In this document: positions 62,078-64,000 of the stretch, in pieces
How positions within the stretch are numbered: position 1 is the stretch's first letter
How the letters are laid out: every line of letters begins with the position of its first letter
From: an uncultured Acidobacteriota bacterium
GTDB taxonomy: Bacteria > Acidobacteriota > UBA6911
Assembly (NCBI GenBank): GCA_963843575.1
Contig: CAWJKZ010000014.1
Coordinates: 544,001 to 608,000 of the forward strand
Length of the DNA: 64,000 nucleotides
Reading direction: 5' to 3'
Notes under the pieces: generated by a model
Seen by the model: the letters and a program-made list of their open reading frames with translations, nothing else
Database searches by the model: none
Told to the model about the DNA's origin: nothing
Position numbers and translations under genes: made by a program

Positions 62078-64000
62078 TCAAACACCCTTGGCGATGATCA
62101 GCGTGATGTCGTCGTGTTGCTTGAGACTCCCCTGCCAGCGCCTGACCTCTTCCGTCACGATCCGGTAAATCGACTCGGGATCGAGAGTGCTCCGGTCGCG
62201 CAGAATGCCGATCAGCCGTTCTTCACCAAACTCCTCGTCGGCGTCATTAAAAGCCTCGGTCACGCCATCGGTGAAAATCGCCAGCAAGGCTCCCGGGTTG
62301 AGCTCTACGGACCCGGTCTGAAACCGCGCCGTCTCGAAGAGCCCGAGGACCGTCCCACCGTCCTCCAGCCGTCTGACGGTCCCGCCATCCACAAGGACGG
62401 GTGGCAGGTGGCCGGCGTTGCAGAAGTGCAGCATCCTTCGCGGAGCATCGAACAGGCTCGCGAACAGGGTGACGTATTTCTCCGAGGGACTGTTCAGGTA
62501 GATCTGCTGGTTGAGGCGCCGCATCATTTCAGCGAGCGTTTCACCGATGTCTTCTGCCCCCCCCTGCTTGAAGAGCGGCAGCTGGTTGCGCATGGCCGCC
62601 TGCAGGTTGGCCATCAGGAGCGCAGCCGAGATGCCCTTGCCGCTGATGTCGCCCACGAGGATATGCAGCCGTGTCTCATCCTGGATTATGAAATCGTAGT
62701 AGTCGCCGCTGACGACGCGCGCCGGCTCGCAGCCGCCGAACACGGTCAGGCCGGGCGCCCGTGGGAGCAGCTTCGGGAACAAGGTCGCCTGGACCTCGCG
62801 CGCGATCTCGAGCTCCTGCTCCAGGCGCTTCTTCTCGCTGACCTCCTCCAGCAGCCGGGTCATCGACGAGGCCATCTGGTTGAACGAGTGCGCCAGGAGG
62901 CCGAGCTGGTCCTTGCGGCGCACCGGAATCCGGTGTTGCAGATCCCCGCTCTGCAACGCCATGGTCCCCTGGTACAGGTCGTGTATGGAGCCGGTGATCC
63001 GCCGGCTGATGTTCACGCCGATGAACACCGAGACAAGTTCAACGACCACAAACAGTCCCACCAGCACATACATCACCCGAAGCAACACCTCTCCCTGATT
63101 GTACTTGCCCGAAAGGTAGGTCTGATAGAGGACCTTGACCGGGACATAAAACACCGAGAAAGCGCCAAGATCCCTGGATCCTGTCCGGTAGTTCCTGGCC
63201 TCCAGGAGGGTCCACCACCACACCATGCGCCGGGTGTCTCCCTGTCGCCGACTCTCCAGCGTCTGCGCCCGACCATCAACCTGGACCGTCCTCTCGGCCG
63301 CGCCGTCGTCGACGCGGATCTCGATCCCGCCCCCTTTCTTGACAGTTGAGCGACCAGTCCCCTCGAAGATCGCATACAGCGACTTTTCCCGCTCTAGACG
63401 CTGCTCCGTGGCCTGCTCCAGCGGGACTGAAACCTCCAGATAGTAGGGCGGATACCGCAGCAAGGGATGCACTGCCGTGAAGATGACCGTCCGCTCGTAG
63501 CGCAGGAGGCCTTCGAATTCAGGATTGGATCCCAGCCACAAACCGGCAGGGTATGGACCTCCCCGGGGCACCGGCGAAAACTCGCCATGAATCCAGGAGA
63601 CCGCGAAACTCCCGTCCGGGAGCTTGCGCGAAAGCCGCGCGAAGATCTTCGGGAACTGCGGTTCGTGGCTTTCAAAAACTGCCGCGGCCGCGCGATCCAA
63701 GGCTTCGGCCGGATCATCGGGCCGGATCTGCTGGGCCAGCTCGGTGTTGACGGACGATATCTCGTGAACCATCGAGTTCAGCGAAGACTCGAGGTAGTTC
63801 GCGGCAAGCTGCCCGGCCAACACGTAAGAAGCGAGGAACGCAGTGCCCGCCAGCAGCAGCAGCGGCAGAAAACCGACGAAGACAAACGACCCCATCACGC
63901 GGTTGCGGACCCGCCAGAAAAACCGGTTCTTCAGGCTTCGGAGCAGCCGAACGAGCACCAGGCCGATCACAACCGCTCCGAAGGACCATCCCAGGAAAAC
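62078..64000 (-). CDS. Membrane HAMP-PP2C (SpoIIE/RsbU-like) phosphatase; 5' end probably outside window
   Basis: TM segments, HAMP DQLGLLAHSFNQM, ELEIAREVQ, SGDYYD, GDISGKG, NAGH, FTDGVTEA and DDIT. Confidence 0.93.
   Translation of the reverse strand, partial: VFLGWSFGAVVIGLVLVRLLRSLKNRFFWRVRNRVMGSFVFVGFLPLLLLAGTAFLASYVLAGQLAANYLESSLNSMVHEISSVNTELAQQIRPDDPAEALDRAAAAVFESHEPQFPKIFARLSRKLPDGSFAVSWIHGEFSPVPRGGPYPAGLWLGSNPEFEGLLRYERTVIFTAVHPLLRYPPYYLEVSVPLEQATEQRLEREKSLYAIFEGTGRSTVKKGGGIEIRVDDGAAERTVQVDGRAQTLESRRQGDTRRMVWWWTLLEARNYRTGSRDLGAFSVFYVPVKVLYQTYLSGKYNQGEVLLRVMYVLVGLFVVVELVSVFIGVNISRRITGSIHDLYQGTMALQSGDLQHRIPVRRKDQLGLLAHSFNQMASSMTRLLEEVSEKKRLEQELEIAREVQATLFPKLLPRAPGLTVFGGCEPARVVSGDYYDFIIQDETRLHILVGDISGKGISAALLMANLQAAMRNQLPLFKQGGAEDIGETLAEMMRRLNQQIYLNSPSEKYVTLFASLFDAPRRMLHFCNAGHLPPVLVDGGTVRRLEDGGTVLGLFETARFQTGSVELNPGALLAIFTDGVTEAFNDADEEFGEERLIGILRDRSTLDPESIYRIVTEEVRRWQGSLKQHDDITLIIAKGV

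Overview
High-GC, gene-dense bacterial chromosomal window. Gene content (OpcA, DUF1080, VWA proteins, DUF2934, HAMP-PP2C, Tat-exported epimerase) suggests an Acidobacteria-like organism; this is inference only. At least nine otherwise intact genes are split by 1-nt indels, which looks like uncorrected long-read error. In order, the window holds: an oxidative pentose phosphate operon (tkt-zwf-opcA-pgl); a UbiD decarboxylase; a divergent squalene-hopene cyclase / squalene synthase pair; a polyamine cluster (agmatine deiminase, deoxyhypusine-synthase-like enzyme, fold-III decarboxylase); a TetR-TolC-MFP-RND pump with two visible operators; an 8-gene envelope operon (ABC permease, ABC ATPase, membrane coiled-coil, tandem AAA+ ATPase, coiled-coil, PspA/IM30, binding-protein-OmpA fusion, VWA lipoprotein); a ~190-nt structured element; a hybrid kinase / diguanylate cyclase pair; and housekeeping genes (moaA, yjbQ, trxB, pgm, GH3-beta-lactamase fusion, hrpB). 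The strongest system candidate is the PspA/AAA+/ABC/OmpA operon, a possible bacterial ESCRT-III-like membrane-remodelling module. Also notable are an intact yjbQ nested in inverted orientation between relic ends of a second yjbQ, and a 234-bp MITE-like element. No rRNA, tRNA, CRISPR array or transposase was recognised. No searches were run; family calls rest on recognised motifs.
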